From contig CBDCXR010000004.1 in NCBI GenBank assembly GCA_965223845.1, forward strand, positions 5,024,001-5,088,000: a stretch of 64,000 nt of DNA, given 5' to 3'. This document shows, in pieces, positions 1-9,476 of the stretch. Made by a program: the position numbers and the translations under genes. How positions within the stretch are numbered: the first letter of the stretch is position 1; every line of letters starts with the position of its first letter. Source of the DNA: Planctomycetota bacterium (lineage in GTDB: Bacteria > Planctomycetota > UBA8108 > SXIK01). A model generated the notes under the pieces. The model saw only the letters and a program-made list of their open reading frames with translations. It did not search any database and had not been told where the DNA came from.

Positions 1-1405
1 GCGCGACGATCCGGCGATTTCCCGACGGCAGCCGCGTCAGCTCGAATCGGCCGTCCGCGCCGGTTCGCTCCGCGAGGCGATCCCAAGCCCAACCGTCGTT
101 CGTCGAGCGGAGTGCGAGCATGGAGGGAAGCCCGTTGCCGCTCAGCGCGGTCGTGCTCCGCACGTCCGCCCCTTCGACCGGCTGGCCGTACGGGTCGACG
201 ACGACCCCGGAGAGACCGAGGCCGCGCTGAAGCGCGAGCTCGACTTCGGTCACCTCGCCTTCGGCGATGACGAGATCGCGAACCTCGTTGGGAATCCGTT
301 CCGGTCCGATCGCGCGGACGACGTATGCGCCGACCGGAACGGCCGCGAACTCGAACGCGCCGTCGGCCGCGGATTCGGTCTCGCTCTCGACTTCCGCGTC
401 GAATCTCATGAAGTCGGAGTCCGTGACCCGAGCCGCGGTCACGCGTATCGCGGGAAGCGGGTTTCCGGCGAGGTCGACGACCACTCCGCGGAGAGTCCCC
501 GTCTCGGTCGGCTCGGGCGGCTCGAGCGTCACCGCCTCGCTCACCTCAGCCGGTCCCGTCGCACGGTCGATCGTCTCGACCGGAGCGGTCGAGACGACGG
601 GGTCGTCGATCGGCGGCGAGATCCGCGTCGGATCCGGCCCATCCGTCCGATCGTAGGCCCACCACGCCACCACCCCAAGTAGAAGCACCGCCATCCCGGC
701 TGCGGTCGTGTTTTTCGCGGTCAACGCTACACCTCCGAGCATCCATCCGGCCATCGCCGTCGACTCGGGCGCGGATGCGAACGTGCTCGCGGTCTCGCCA
801 GCACTCCTCGACGTCGCGCCTTCGCTCCCGCCCATCGCCCAGCCCGAACCCGAGCCACCCGGAACGAGTACGGACGCCCACATCGAGCGCCCCCCGCACT
901 CGCGGTCGAGCCGATTGCGAAGGATCGCGATCCCTCGCCGTAAACGCGTATGGACGGTATCGATGGGAACGCCTTCCGCCTCGGCGATCGCGCGCGTGCT
1001 CATCGCTTCGAAGTAACGAAGGACGATGACGTCGCGGTACTTCGGGGGAAGCGCGAGGACGAACTCGACGAGCTGGAGCTGTAGCTCGGCACGCTCGAGC
1101 GCGAGCCCGCACTCAGCCGAGACCCGTTCCGCGCGGGCGGCGCGCTCTTCGCGACGACGACGCCGGTGCTCTTCGCGTCTGCGCTCGCGGGCCCGATTGC
1201 GGAGAACGCCGCGGAGCCAGCCGAGAGAGCGTTCGGCGCCGTCATGCGATCGACTCGCCGCGACGAGCCACGTCTCCTGGACGATGTCGTCCGCCGATGT
1301 TTCGTCACCGACGAGCGCCCGAGCGAGGCGCCGGAGACGCGGCGCATGGGAGAGGAGAAGCTCGCTGGCGGAGGGTCGATCGGCTGGCGTCAGAGAGGTG
1401 TCCAT
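1..1405 (-). CDS. ECF sigma-70 factor fused to a transmembrane helix and carboxypeptidase-regulatory-like repeats (3' end runs off the window; missing from the ORF track)
   Basis: Manual translation from ATG at 1405: MDTSLTPADRPSASELLLSHAPRLRRLARALVGDETSADDIVQETWL (sigma region 2) ... LPPKYRDVIVLRYFEAMSTRAIAEAEGVPIDTVHTRLRRG (sigma region 4) ... AAGMAVLLLGVVAWWAY (TM) ... GTLRGVVVDLAGNPLPAIRV...ADGAFEFAAVPVGAYVV...GLSGVVVDPYGQPVEGADV (beta-sandwich repeats). Confidence 0.88.
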   Translation of the reverse strand, partial: MDTSLTPADRPSASELLLSHAPRLRRLARALVGDETSADDIVQETWLVAASRSHDGAERSLGWLRGVLRNRARERRREEHRRRRREERAARAERVSAECGLALERAELQLQLVEFVLALPPKYRDVIVLRYFEAMSTRAIAEAEGVPIDTVHTRLRRGIAILRNRLDRECGGRSMWASVLVPGGSGSGWAMGGSEGATSRSAGETASTFASAPESTAMAGWMLGGVALTAKNTTAAGMAVLLLGVVAWWAYDRTDGPDPTRISPPIDDPVVSTAPVETIDRATGPAEVSEAVTLEPPEPTETGTLRGVVVDLAGNPLPAIRVTAARVTDSDFMRFDAEVESETESAADGAFEFAAVPVGAYVVRAIGPERIPNEVRDLVIAEGEVTEVELALQRGLGLSGVVVDPYGQPVEGADVRSTTALSGNGLPSMLALRSTNDGWAWDRLAERTGADGRFELTRLPSGNRRIVA

Positions 1406-1674
1406 ACATCGGATGATGGCCACCGCCGGCGAGTTCCGTTCACGGAATTCGGCGCGACGCCCCGCGAATCTCTTCCGCGAGGGCCGTGAGTTCCGAGAAC
1501 CGCCCCCGAGTTCCGCCAACTCGCGCCGATTCGTCGGCTTCGCTCGGGCGATGGTAGCCTCCTCAGGCAACTCTCGCGCGCTCGCGCGACGATCGAGTCG
1601 CCCCCCGCAGAACGGCCTCTCTTCCCTCCCTCCTCTGGCCGTTCGCCATCGCTACTCACAGGCGGTTTCGATCG

Positions 1675-2661
1675 ATGAACATCCGCACGTTTTCATCGTC
1701 GTGGGTCTCCTTCACGTTCCTATTCTCTGCATTCCTCGCAGCTCCTCATGCGACGGCAGCGGACCGGGTCGTCCTCAAGTCGGGAGAGGTTCTCGAGGGG
1801 AGAATCCTCACCGAAGAGAACGGCACGGTCTCGATTCAATCGGGCGACGGGATCGTCACCGTTCTGGCGAGCAACGTCCGGTCGATCGATCGGGACCGAG
1901 AGCCGTCCGTAACGCGGACGCCGAACCGCGCCCGCGAACGCGGCTCGACTGCCGCGCGTCTGGAACGCGGGCAACTGCGCCGCTCGCCGCCGCGAAGCCC
2001 CGGAGGCCCCGCGAGTGCACTACGCCTGAAGCTCGACCGCACGCTCGAGGAAATCGAAGCGAACGAACTCGGGACGTGGGTCGCCGGACCACGCGAAGGC
2101 GCGAGCGGTGCGTCTCTTCCGTACCGCGTCCTCAGAGACGACTCGGAGCTCTACGAATACGTCGAGCGGCTCCCTCGCACCTCCGAGGGCGTCCGCGAGG
2201 CGTGGACACGGCGCGCCGACCTCCCGGCGAATGCTCGCGCCGGTCTCGGCGTGCCGAGGAAGGCGACGTCGTACGTCTGGGTACGCATCCACTGGGACGA
2301 CCGCAGCGAGCGCTGGACGCTCAGCCACCCCAACGAGTCGCGCCTCCGCTGGGAGGATTCGCAGATCCGAACCGCCTTACGGCGCATCGCGAAGAAGAGC
2401 GACGCCGCCAAGGCCGCGCGCATCGAGCGGCTGGTCGGCTCCCTCCGCCGTGCGCGCTCGCTCCGCGAGGAGGCCGATCTCCACCGCGAGCTCCGCGTTC
2501 TCACGCGCGAGGTCAGCGAGCCGTGGAGCGACGGAGACCTGTACTACGACGTGATCCTCTCGTCGGAGAGAATTCGAGAAGTCGCGCGCGTAGAGCAGAA
2601 GGTGGAGATCGCCCGCGAACGCCGCGTGCTCTTTCGCGAGCTCGTCGCGGCAGTTCCGTAG
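1675..2661 (+). CDS. Secreted hypothetical protein
   Basis: Signal peptide ending ATA-ADRVVLKSGEVLEGRIL, a small N-terminal beta domain common in planctomycete exported proteins; helical C-terminus; divergent from the ECF gene. Confidence 0.75.
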   Translation: MNIRTFSSSWVSFTFLFSAFLAAPHATAADRVVLKSGEVLEGRILTEENGTVSIQSGDGIVTVLASNVRSIDRDREPSVTRTPNRARERGSTAARLERGQLRRSPPRSPGGPASALRLKLDRTLEEIEANELGTWVAGPREGASGASLPYRVLRDDSELYEYVERLPRTSEGVREAWTRRADLPANARAGLGVPRKATSYVWVRIHWDDRSERWTLSHPNESRLRWEDSQIRTALRRIAKKSDAAKAARIERLVGSLRRARSLREEADLHRELRVLTREVSEPWSDGDLYYDVILSSERIREVARVEQKVEIARERRVLFRELVAAVP

Positions 2662-2700
2662 AGGGACGATCGCCGAGCGACGCGGGCCGCGCGCGCGAGT

Positions 2701-3612
2701 TCAGTCTCCGCCGTAGAACTCGTCGATCTTCCGCCGCAGGAACTCGATCGACTCGCGCATCTCCCCCATCCCGTTCATGCCGTCTTCGATCGAGATCCAG
2801 TCGCTGAACTCGACGGAGCGGAGGACCCGAAAGATCGCATCGTAGTCGTTGAGTCCCTTCCCGGTGACACCGTGGCAGAGGAACTCGGGATAGCCGAGGG
2901 TGCCGTCCGCCTGGCGCATGTCTTCGAGCGTCGAGCCCGGCGCGAGAAAGCGGTCGGATGCGTGAACGCTCACGACGCGATCCTTCACCTTCTCGAGGAA
3001 CGCGATCGGATCCTCTCCGGCGACGACGGTGTTCGACGGATCGTACTGCACGCCGAAGAACGGTGATTCGATTTCGGCGATGATCTCGAGGAAGACGTCG
3101 CTCCGCTGGGCGAACTCGGGATACCGCCACGCGCCGTCCTTGAAGTGATTTTCCATCGCCAGCGTAACGCCGCAGCTCGCCGCGTGCTCGAGCGACTCTC
3201 GGATACCGTCGACCGTCCAGCCGATGCCGTCGGCGCGGGAAACCTCTGGACGACGCTGCCCCGAGAGAATGCGGCAAAACCGCGCGCCGAGGTCGACCGT
3301 GACATCGATCGCGCGCCGCTGCCGTTCGACCTCCTCCGCCCGGCGCGCTGCGTCCGGCTGCGTGAAGTCCGGCGAGTAGCAGACGAGCGAGCATTCGCGC
3401 CCGGAGTCTTCGATTCTTCGGCGAATCGAGCGCACGCCGTCGCGATCGTCGAGGGGAAGCCACGGGACATAGATCTCGAGACCTTCCGCCTCGAGCTCGA
3501 GCGACATGTCGAGCCACTCCTCGAGCCGCATCTTTCCCGATGCGAGATCGTCGAGATAGCACTTGGGAAAGGCCGAGACGCGCGGCCGACGAGTCGCCGA
3601 GGTATCCGTCAT
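2701..3612 (-). CDS. Sugar phosphate isomerase/epimerase (xylose-isomerase-like TIM barrel)
   Basis: Metal-binding motifs LAMENH, QYDPSN, VHASD and WISIEDG; last gene of a three-gene operon. Confidence 0.88.
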   Translation of the reverse strand: MTDTSATRRPRVSAFPKCYLDDLASGKMRLEEWLDMSLELEAEGLEIYVPWLPLDDRDGVRSIRRRIEDSGRECSLVCYSPDFTQPDAARRAEEVERQRRAIDVTVDLGARFCRILSGQRRPEVSRADGIGWTVDGIRESLEHAASCGVTLAMENHFKDGAWRYPEFAQRSDVFLEIIAEIESPFFGVQYDPSNTVVAGEDPIAFLEKVKDRVVSVHASDRFLAPGSTLEDMRQADGTLGYPEFLCHGVTGKGLNDYDAIFRVLRSVEFSDWISIEDGMNGMGEMRESIEFLRRKIDEFYGGD

Positions 3613-3633
3613 GCGCGATCCGCCCTCATTCCC

Positions 3634-4680
3634 TCACGGTCGAAGCACAGCCTTGATCACGTCGCCCGAGTGCATCGCGTCGAACGCTTCACGCCACTCC
3701 GCGAGAGGAAGCTCACAGCCGACGATGCGGCCGACGGGAATCTTCCCGACGGCAAGAAGGTGGAGCACGCGCTCCCACATGTCGTACGTGTGGCTGAAGC
3801 TTCCCTGAAGCGTCACGTTCTTCTGCACGAGAGGATCGAGCGACGCTCCGTAAGGCTGGGCTCCCCAGCCGACCTTGCTCACGCGACCGTCCGCGCGGAC
3901 GAGATCGATCGCGGCGGCGAGCGACTTCGACGATCCGGAAGCGTCGACGACGAGATCTGCGCCTTGGCCGTCGCCGAGCGCGCGCACGACTCGCGCGAGA
4001 TCCTCTCGCTGGATGTCGACCGTGTGCGTCGCGCCGAAATCACGAGCCGCGTCGAAGCGCTCGGCGTCGCGGGTCAATCCAGCCACAACGAGGGGATCCG
4101 CGCCCGAGAGCGCCGCCATCCGGGCGCACAAAAGCCCGATCGGACCCGGCCCGAGAACGACGACGAGGTCGCCGGGCCGGACCGCGGCGTTCACGCAAAC
4201 GGCGTGGTAAGCGACGCAGCAGGGCTCGGCGAGCGCGGCGTGCTCGAACGGGAGCCCGTCCGGCATGCGGTGAAGACAGCGTTCGGGAACGCGGACGAAG
4301 CCGGTCATCGCCCCGTCGGTTCCGTATCCGAATCCTTTCCGCTCGGGGCACAAGTTGTAGCGACCCCGACGGCACTCGCGACACGAACCGCAGATCTCGG
4401 CTGCGGTCTCACTGACGACGCGCTCGCCGACCTCGAACTGAGTCACGCGCTCCCCGCAGGCAGCGACGGTCCCCGAGAACTCGTGACCGAGAATCACCGG
4501 AAGGCGCACGGGCCAGGAGTGCGTGTTGTGGGCCTGGTGCAGATCGGACCCGCAGACGCCGACCGCGCCGACTTCGACGAGGACATCGTCCGCGCCGATC
4601 TCGGGCCGCGGGACTTCGCGGATCTCGACCGCCATCTCGCGCAGCTCGTAGTGGACGACCGCCGGACTCGTCATCGCCAT
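3634..4680 (-). CDS. Zinc-dependent sugar/polyol dehydrogenase (MDR family)
   Basis: GVCGSD, GHEFSG, structural Zn motif CGSCRECRRGRYNLC and Rossmann motif GPGPIG. Confidence 0.92.
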   Translation of the reverse strand: MAMTSPAVVHYELREMAVEIREVPRPEIGADDVLVEVGAVGVCGSDLHQAHNTHSWPVRLPVILGHEFSGTVAACGERVTQFEVGERVVSETAAEICGSCRECRRGRYNLCPERKGFGYGTDGAMTGFVRVPERCLHRMPDGLPFEHAALAEPCCVAYHAVCVNAAVRPGDLVVVLGPGPIGLLCARMAALSGADPLVVAGLTRDAERFDAARDFGATHTVDIQREDLARVVRALGDGQGADLVVDASGSSKSLAAAIDLVRADGRVSKVGWGAQPYGASLDPLVQKNVTLQGSFSHTYDMWERVLHLLAVGKIPVGRIVGCELPLAEWREAFDAMHSGDVIKAVLRP

Positions 4681-4698
4681 CGCCGCGCCCCCTTTCGG

Positions 4699-5415
4699 TC
4701 AGGCCGGACGCACGAACGGCGTCGCGCGGATTTCGGTCACGATCTCGCGGAGGACCGCCTCGAGCCCATCACCGGCCGATTTGAACTCGTCGGGGTCGAT
4801 CGCGAGGGGTGCGCCGATCACGACGAGCGGCGCGCCGTGACGAGGACACTCGATCGCCTCACGAATCGAGAGTCCGCCGACGGCCTGCACCGGGATCTCG
4901 ACCGCTCGCACGACCGCTTCGAGCTCGTCCATCGGACTGAGCCCCGAGATCAAGCGTCGCTCGTCGTAGCCGACGTGATGAATAATGAAATCGACGCCGA
5001 GCTCCTCCATCCAGCGCGCGTTCGCGGCCTTGTCCTCGGCGCCGAGGTTGTCTCCCATCACGCGACAACCGTAATCCTTTCCCGCGTCCACCACCGCTCG
5101 CAGGGTCGCCTCGTGCGCGCGGCCCATCACGACGACGAGGTCCGCGCCGGCCTGCGCCATCATCTCTGCTTCGAGGTAGCCGCCGTCCATGGTCTTGAGA
5201 TCGGCGACGATCGGATGCGATGGGTACCGCTCGCGAAGAGCACGCACGGCGTGAAGACCTTCGGCAAGAATGAGCGGAGTTCCGATTTCGAGCCAATCGA
5301 CGCCCGCACGAACGGCGATCTCCGCGGTCTCGAGAGCTTCGTCGATCGAAGTGAGATCGAGGGAGATTTGGACGACGGGATAGTCGATGCTCGCTAGCCG
5401 GTCAGACGCGTTCAT
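4699..5415 (-). CDS. hxlA: 3-hexulose-6-phosphate synthase-like enzyme (OMPDC/HUMPS family)
   Basis: QISLD, WLEIGTPLI, ADLKTMDGGYLEA, HHVGYD and AVGGL motifs typical of HPS. Confidence 0.8.
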   Translation of the reverse strand: MNASDRLASIDYPVVQISLDLTSIDEALETAEIAVRAGVDWLEIGTPLILAEGLHAVRALRERYPSHPIVADLKTMDGGYLEAEMMAQAGADLVVVMGRAHEATLRAVVDAGKDYGCRVMGDNLGAEDKAANARWMEELGVDFIIHHVGYDERRLISGLSPMDELEAVVRAVEIPVQAVGGLSIREAIECPRHGAPLVVIGAPLAIDPDEFKSAGDGLEAVLREIVTEIRATPFVRPA

Positions 5416-5515
5416 CGGGCTACAGGATTCTCTTCCGCTGCTTCGCGCATCACGGGGCAGAGTATGACGGAAGGTCGATGCGGCTGCAACCGAGACGGCG
5501 GAGCGGCGATCTCGC

Positions 5516-6925
5516 CTACCGGGGGTCTTCGAGGAGCGTGTAGAGGACGTTGTCGGTGAACGCCGGATCGCGCGTGAGACCGAGGTGATCCGAAAAAAGG
5601 AACGTCACTTTCGACCACGAGATCGGCGAGTCGAGGAACGGCTTCCATTCACGACCTTCGCGCTCGTCGAGGAGCGCGCTCGAGCGGAGAACGGTGCCGT
5701 CGCCGGCTGCGGTCTTGACGATGCGAACGCCGCCGTGGCTCTGGCGGACGGCCGCGACGGCGTTGGTCTCGTTTGCATCGCCTGCGACCAAAAAGAGCTC
5801 CACGCCGTCCGGCGGAGTCGCGGGTGAATCGAGGGCGTCCATGAAACGAGCTGCGCGCACGAGACATTTTCGCTGGTGATCGAGCGCTATGCGCCGTCTC
5901 TCGGCGGGGTCGGCCACGTCGGGAAGAAGGAATTGAAGCACGGGATCCTGGCGGTGAGAGGCGAGCCCCCAGCGCATTCGCTCCCAAAACTCCGGATCGA
6001 GATAGTCTGCGATCGGCTCCCCCGTCGCATCGTCGATGACCGCTCCGTGGCGCGCGCGAGGAAGAAGCTGATAGATCGACGGCATCGTGCCGAGGAGCGC
6101 CGCCTCGTAGAGCGGGAACACGGACGAGAACACGATCCCGTGAACGAGCTGCTCGAGGGCGAGAACGGATCCTGAGTTCGGAGTGCCGACGAGGATGACC
6201 CGCTCGACGTTCCGGGCGCCGGCCCAGGTGATCACGGGCTCCGATCCGTCCGCCGGGAGGTCGGCGGCGCCGTAGCGGAGGTAGTAGCGGCTGATCAGCC
6301 CGCCCATCGAGTGGGCGACAATGTCGAACTTGACGTCGGGGTTCTCGACCCCGTACCGGCGCGTCATCTCCGCAGCCACGTACGCTTTCTTCTCGAGAAT
6401 GAACTCGTGGAGAAGTCGCGCGTTCTCGACGTTGTCGCGGCGCCAGTCGTACGGAAACTGAAAGCAAGTGAAGTGATCGTCCCCGTAGTCGACGGCGCCG
6501 GCGAGCCCGAGCTCCTCGTCGCGGTAGCCACCGACACCGAGCGCCTTCAGGATCCCGATGTACGCCTGAAGCTCGATCGGGATGCCGAGCAGCTTGACCT
6601 CCAGGCGGTCGAGAACCCCGTCGGGATCGATGGTGTCGGTCAAGCGCGCGAGCGGCTCTCCGTGGCGCATCGGTACGCCGATCGTCATCGCGCCCTCGAG
6701 CGTGGTCGGGTCGGTGTAGTCGCCGCCGAAGAGGCCCCAAACGATACGGCCGGTCGTCGAGTCGACGAGCCGGGAGCCGAGGATTCCCGGAATCACGATG
6801 ATCGGGTTCCGATCGGCCCCGTGGTATTGCGCGGCGCGGTCGTAGATGCGACCCAGATCGGGAACCGGCGGAGCGCCGACGCAGCCGGGAGCGAGGGCGA
6901 GAAGCACGAAGAGGAGACGTTTCAT
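5516..6925 (-). CDS. Lipoprotein alpha/beta hydrolase (LCAT/PGAP1-like lipase or acyltransferase)
   Basis: Likely start is ATG 6925 after GGAGG; lipobox LAPGC; IIVIPGILGS, AHSMGG nucleophile elbow, GDGTV and C-terminal His (SDHLGL). Confidence 0.85.
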   Translation of the reverse strand: MKRLLFVLLALAPGCVGAPPVPDLGRIYDRAAQYHGADRNPIIVIPGILGSRLVDSTTGRIVWGLFGGDYTDPTTLEGAMTIGVPMRHGEPLARLTDTIDPDGVLDRLEVKLLGIPIELQAYIGILKALGVGGYRDEELGLAGAVDYGDDHFTCFQFPYDWRRDNVENARLLHEFILEKKAYVAAEMTRRYGVENPDVKFDIVAHSMGGLISRYYLRYGAADLPADGSEPVITWAGARNVERVILVGTPNSGSVLALEQLVHGIVFSSVFPLYEAALLGTMPSIYQLLPRARHGAVIDDATGEPIADYLDPEFWERMRWGLASHRQDPVLQFLLPDVADPAERRRIALDHQRKCLVRAARFMDALDSPATPPDGVELFLVAGDANETNAVAAVRQSHGGVRIVKTAAGDGTVLRSSALLDEREGREWKPFLDSPISWSKVTFLFSDHLGLTRDPAFTDNVLYTLLEDPR

Positions 6926-7710
6926 CGGGGAATCCTCCGGAAGCGGAAGCCGAGTCGGGGGGATGTCCGGCTCGAATCGATCGCGTCGCTCGAGAGGGAG
7001 CGCCACCGGAGATCGACGCCGGTGCTCTCGCGCCGACCGACGGTGATCGGCTCGAGAGTACCGACGCGAGGCTCGATCCGGAAGCGCCCTGGCCCCGCCG
7101 GGTCCGGGCAAGCGTGGCGATCCCGCCAGTTCTTCGCTACGTAAGTCGCTCCGCGGAAACGGGCTCCGCGAGGGAGCACCGGACGCTTCACGCTCGGCGG
7201 AAAGGGGGCCCCATTCGCGATAAGGAACGTGTTAGGGGCCCGCCCGATCGCCCCTCCCCCCTTCACGCGATTCTCGCTTGATGCGGGATTCCAACCAAGT
7301 AGACTCGTCCCCGCTGAGACGAGTCCGCCGGCGCGCTGAGCGCGGTCCACCTGCGTCAGATTTCCGGGAAGATTTCGTCGGATTCTCTTCTGATGACCGG
7401 AGTCTCGCTGATAGAATCGGGACTCGAAGTGCGGAGGCCCTTCGTGGGGCACCGTCACTAAAGGTCTGAGGCACTGGCAGTTGAAACGGGGGGTTCGAAC
7501 CGTTGGGCGCAACGCACTCGAAGCGAGCCGCGCGCGCCCGGGGCAAGTCGGTCAACACAATCGGATCTTCATTCGCGCAGACTCTTCGCATCGCTCGATT
7601 GTGCGCGGCGCTTGAGTTCTGCAGAACGGGTTGAGAAAGCACATCACCGCTCGTCGATTGCGCGAGCGCTGAAAACTCAAAAGAGGGCACCTCGCGAGGC
7701 GCTGGGATCC

Positions 7711-8361
7711 ATGAAGAAGCTTTTCACTCTGACGATGATTTGCGTGTCGGCGGCGTTTCTCGTGCCGTCGGAGGTCAACGCAGAAGCGATGACGTTCAAC
7801 TTCCGAGGCGGGAAGCGGCCGCGCGTTGCGCGCTCGCTCGAGTTCTCGCAGGGTGGAGCGACGGCGATCGTAACGGGACACAACTCGCGGGAGGCGCAGG
7901 CGCGTCTCGTACGCGGCCGACCCGGACTCGGAGTCTACGCGGGCCGCTGGGACAGCCTCACGGTCGACGGATTCCGCGGACGCGACTCGGTTCGCGTCGA
8001 TTTCGGCGATCAGCTCTTCGAGCTCGACACCGTGCGTTTCGGCATGACGAACAGTCGGAGATCGCGGGGAGACAGCTTTTCGCTCGCGATCGACGGTGAG
8101 ATCGTGATCGCAGACGCCGTCGCCCCGAGAGGGCGCGGGCTCTTCGACGTGAGCTTCAAGCTCCCGGCGGGCATGAACCGCGGCACGGTCTTCGAATTCT
8201 TCACCGTCAACCGGCTCGATAGCTGGACCCTGTCGTCGATCTCGGGGAACTTGGCCGGCGGCGCTTCTGCGGCGCCCGAGCCCGCGAGCCTCCTCCTCAT
8301 CGGCCTCGGAGCCGGTGGCGTCGCTCTCGCGCGCCGCCGACGGCGGTCGAAGGAAGGCTGA
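7711..8361 (+). CDS. PEP-CTERM sorting domain protein
   Basis: Signal peptide MKKLFTLTMICVSAAFLVPSEVNA; C-terminal APEPASLLLIGLGAGGVALARRRRR (PEP, TM helix, Arg cluster). Confidence 0.9.
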   Translation: MKKLFTLTMICVSAAFLVPSEVNAEAMTFNFRGGKRPRVARSLEFSQGGATAIVTGHNSREAQARLVRGRPGLGVYAGRWDSLTVDGFRGRDSVRVDFGDQLFELDTVRFGMTNSRRSRGDSFSLAIDGEIVIADAVAPRGRGLFDVSFKLPAGMNRGTVFEFFTVNRLDSWTLSSISGNLAGGASAAPEPASLLLIGLGAGGVALARRRRRSKEG

Positions 8362-8391
8362 GTCGAAGATTCCCGAATTTCTCGGCTAACG

Positions 8392-8438
8392 AAGAGCGGT
8401 CTGAGGCGTCTAAGATGCCGCAGACCGCTCTTTTTTTT
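8392..8438 (+). terminator. Rho-independent terminator after the PEP-CTERM gene
   Basis: AAGAGCGGTCTG...CAGACCGCTCTT stem followed by a T8 run, about 30 nt after the stop codon. Confidence 0.85.
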
Positions 8439-8607
8439 GTTGCTGAGAGGGGTCCGCGGTAGAACGAGGGAGAATCGGAAGGGGAACGCGCCGGCCCGAG
8501 ACGGCTAGCCCTCCCCGTCAACTCGAGGCAGCGGGCGCGTCTGCTGGGGAGCAGACGAGAGGAACGTCCCGCCGCGGCCAAAGACGGTAACGGAGCAGGG
8601 GGAACTC

Positions 8608-9471
8608 ATGATGCGCAATCGGAATCTCCGCCTCGGAGCCGGCCCCTTCCTCGCTGTCGCCATCGCCGCGGTGATGGCGTTCAGCGTAGGGACCGCCTTC
8701 GCTTCCGAATCCACTTCCTCATCGGCGTTCGCTCAGTCGGATTCGAAGAAGAAGTCCGGATCCAAGAAGAATCGGACTTCGCTTCCGCCCGAAGCGAAGA
8801 TCGTCAAGAAGTACCTCAAAGACCACCTGAACCCGGATTCGCTCAAGTTCTTGAAGGGCGGTCGGGTGCAGATGACGTTTCTCCTCTCCAAGAAGAACGA
8901 GGCCCACGAAGAGATCTTCATCCCGCGGATGGGAACGGGAGTGAAGGCGCCGTTTCGCTGGTCGCTCGAGGGCGAGGACATCTGGGTCGGGAGCGACGAC
9001 GGAATCCGGATTTCCGACAAGGGATTCGCGTTCGTCAACTGCTGGTTCGTCGACGACCTCGAAGCCGAAGCGAGCTTCTTGCAGCACGCGAACCAGAACC
9101 CGCGCATGCACCTCGCCGTCACTTTCGGCAATGAAAGGGGAATCGCGCTCGCGTCGAATTACGGCACACAGTGTGCGATCCTGAAGGGGAGTCGCATCGG
9201 CAAGCGTGGGAAGACCAAAGCGCAGGGGATCGCGTTCGACTCGCTGACGAAGATCAAGCTCGTCGTGCGCAACGGTGAATTCGAAGCGCGCCGAGGAAAC
9301 TCGTCGAAGGCGAAAGCGAAGATGAAGTACAAGCCGAAGCAGTTCAAGTCGGGACGAGTCGGCTTCTCGTGGGGAGGCTCGACCGCCGCCACGATCACGC
9401 GCCTTCAGATCACGGGGAAGATCGACATGCCGCGGATGGCGAAGTTCCTCGAGAAGAAGTTCGGCGACTAG
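8608..9471 (+). CDS. Secreted Lys-rich hypothetical protein (beta-rich, possibly ConA/lectin-like)
   Basis: Signal peptide AVAIAAVMAFSVGTAFA, coding-like composition, C-terminal SGRVGFSW strand pattern. The fold is a guess. Confidence 0.75.
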   Translation: MMRNRNLRLGAGPFLAVAIAAVMAFSVGTAFASESTSSSAFAQSDSKKKSGSKKNRTSLPPEAKIVKKYLKDHLNPDSLKFLKGGRVQMTFLLSKKNEAHEEIFIPRMGTGVKAPFRWSLEGEDIWVGSDDGIRISDKGFAFVNCWFVDDLEAEASFLQHANQNPRMHLAVTFGNERGIALASNYGTQCAILKGSRIGKRGKTKAQGIAFDSLTKIKLVVRNGEFEARRGNSSKAKAKMKYKPKQFKSGRVGFSWGGSTAATITRLQITGKIDMPRMAKFLEKKFGD

Positions 9472-9476
9472 TTTTT

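Noticed and set aside
3145-5397. 750-aa plus-strand ORF, and similar long ORFs such as 1026..2807, 13697..15016, 23728..25617, 25629..27986 and 55442..57445
   Set aside because: Arg-rich shadow frames overlapping well-supported genes; expected at this GC content.
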